Below are positions 31,715-32,000 of a DNA stretch of 32,000 bases, piece after piece. The stretch's first letter is position 1; the number at the start of each line of letters is the position of its first letter. This stretch comes from Desulfobulbus propionicus DSM 2032 (GTDB lineage Bacteria > Desulfobacterota > Desulfobulbia > Desulfobulbales > Desulfobulbaceae), in the NCBI RefSeq assembly GCF_000186885.1, contig NC_014972.1, positions 3,570,001 through 3,602,000 of the forward strand. The letters are read 5' to 3'. The position numbers and the translations under genes are program-made. The notes under the pieces were generated by a model that was not told the DNA's origin, did no database searches, and saw only the letters and a list, made by a program, of their open reading frames with translations.

Positions 31715-32000
31715 ATGCACTACTTCCGCCCGCGCAGAACGAGCAAATCCCGCAAGGGTTTCAGCGACCCGGCCTTCCGTGACGACGATCCCATGACCGG
31801 AGTGGCCAACCTCTTTGACATTGGCCTGGTGTTCATTGTCGGCCTGCTACTGACCCTGTTCAACGCCTACCGGCTCCAGGATCTGTTCGACAGCAAATCG
31901 GAGATGACCATCATGAAACAGCAGGCCTCGGGCGAGATGGAGATCATCGTCAAGAAAGGCACCGAAATCAAGGCCTCGCGTGTCACCCAAGAGGCGGCCC
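31715..32000 (+). CDS. DUF2149-like protein, ExbD-like topology (truncated by window edge)
   Basis: Open frame from ATG 31715: MHYFRPRRTSKSRKGFSDPAFRDDDPMTGVANLFDIGLVFIVGLLLTLFNAYRLQDLFDSKSEMTIMKQQASGEMEIIVKKGTEIKASRVTQEAA...; single TM containing an Asp. Confidence 0.75.
   Translation, partial: MHYFRPRRTSKSRKGFSDPAFRDDDPMTGVANLFDIGLVFIVGLLLTLFNAYRLQDLFDSKSEMTIMKQQASGEMEIIVKKGTEIKASRVTQEAA

Noticed and set aside
23293-32000. Interpretation as a plain heme-uptake (hmu) locus
   Set aside because: Partner genes resemble HmuSTUV, but four cobalamin riboswitches, two CbiZ domains and canonical CobN/ChlI/ChlD point to corrinoid. Heme as a secondary substrate remains possible.

Overview
The window looks like one large corrinoid (vitamin B12) acquisition and processing locus, probably from a deltaproteobacterial or Desulfobulbaceae-like anaerobe (lineage is a guess from gene content). 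I see four cobalamin riboswitches at about 2.4-2.6, 19.5-19.7, 22.9-23.0 (minus strand) and 23.3-23.5 kb (plus strand).

Minus strand, in transcription order from riboswitch 3: ExbB, ExbD, TonB (apparent frameshift in an A-tract), exported CbiK-like chelatase. Then riboswitch 2, CcsA-like, small ResB-like, BtuF-like lipoprotein, BtuC, BtuD with an extra C-terminal domain, cytoplasmic CobN, TonB-dependent receptor, ChlD-like, ChlI-like, ABC-2 exporter pair, CbiZ. Then riboswitch 1, a second TonB-dependent receptor, and the start of a further secreted protein.

Plus strand from riboswitch 4: DUF4019-like secreted protein, an exported BtuF-CbiZ fusion, a second CobN with a signal peptide and C-terminal membrane anchor, a DUF2162-like membrane protein with a CPVC motif, a MotA/TolQ/ExbB-like channel, and a DUF2149-like protein cut by the window edge.

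The most interesting proposal is a periplasmic corrinoid-processing system. A CobN-family chelatase/dechelatase, a CbiZ amidohydrolase and a CbiK all appear to be exported, and the plus-strand set may be driven by a proton-channel module instead of the ATP-dependent ChlI/ChlD. The architecture resembles the Bacteroides HmuSTUV heme system, but here it is under B12-riboswitch control. No tRNA, rRNA, CRISPR array or transposase was recognised.
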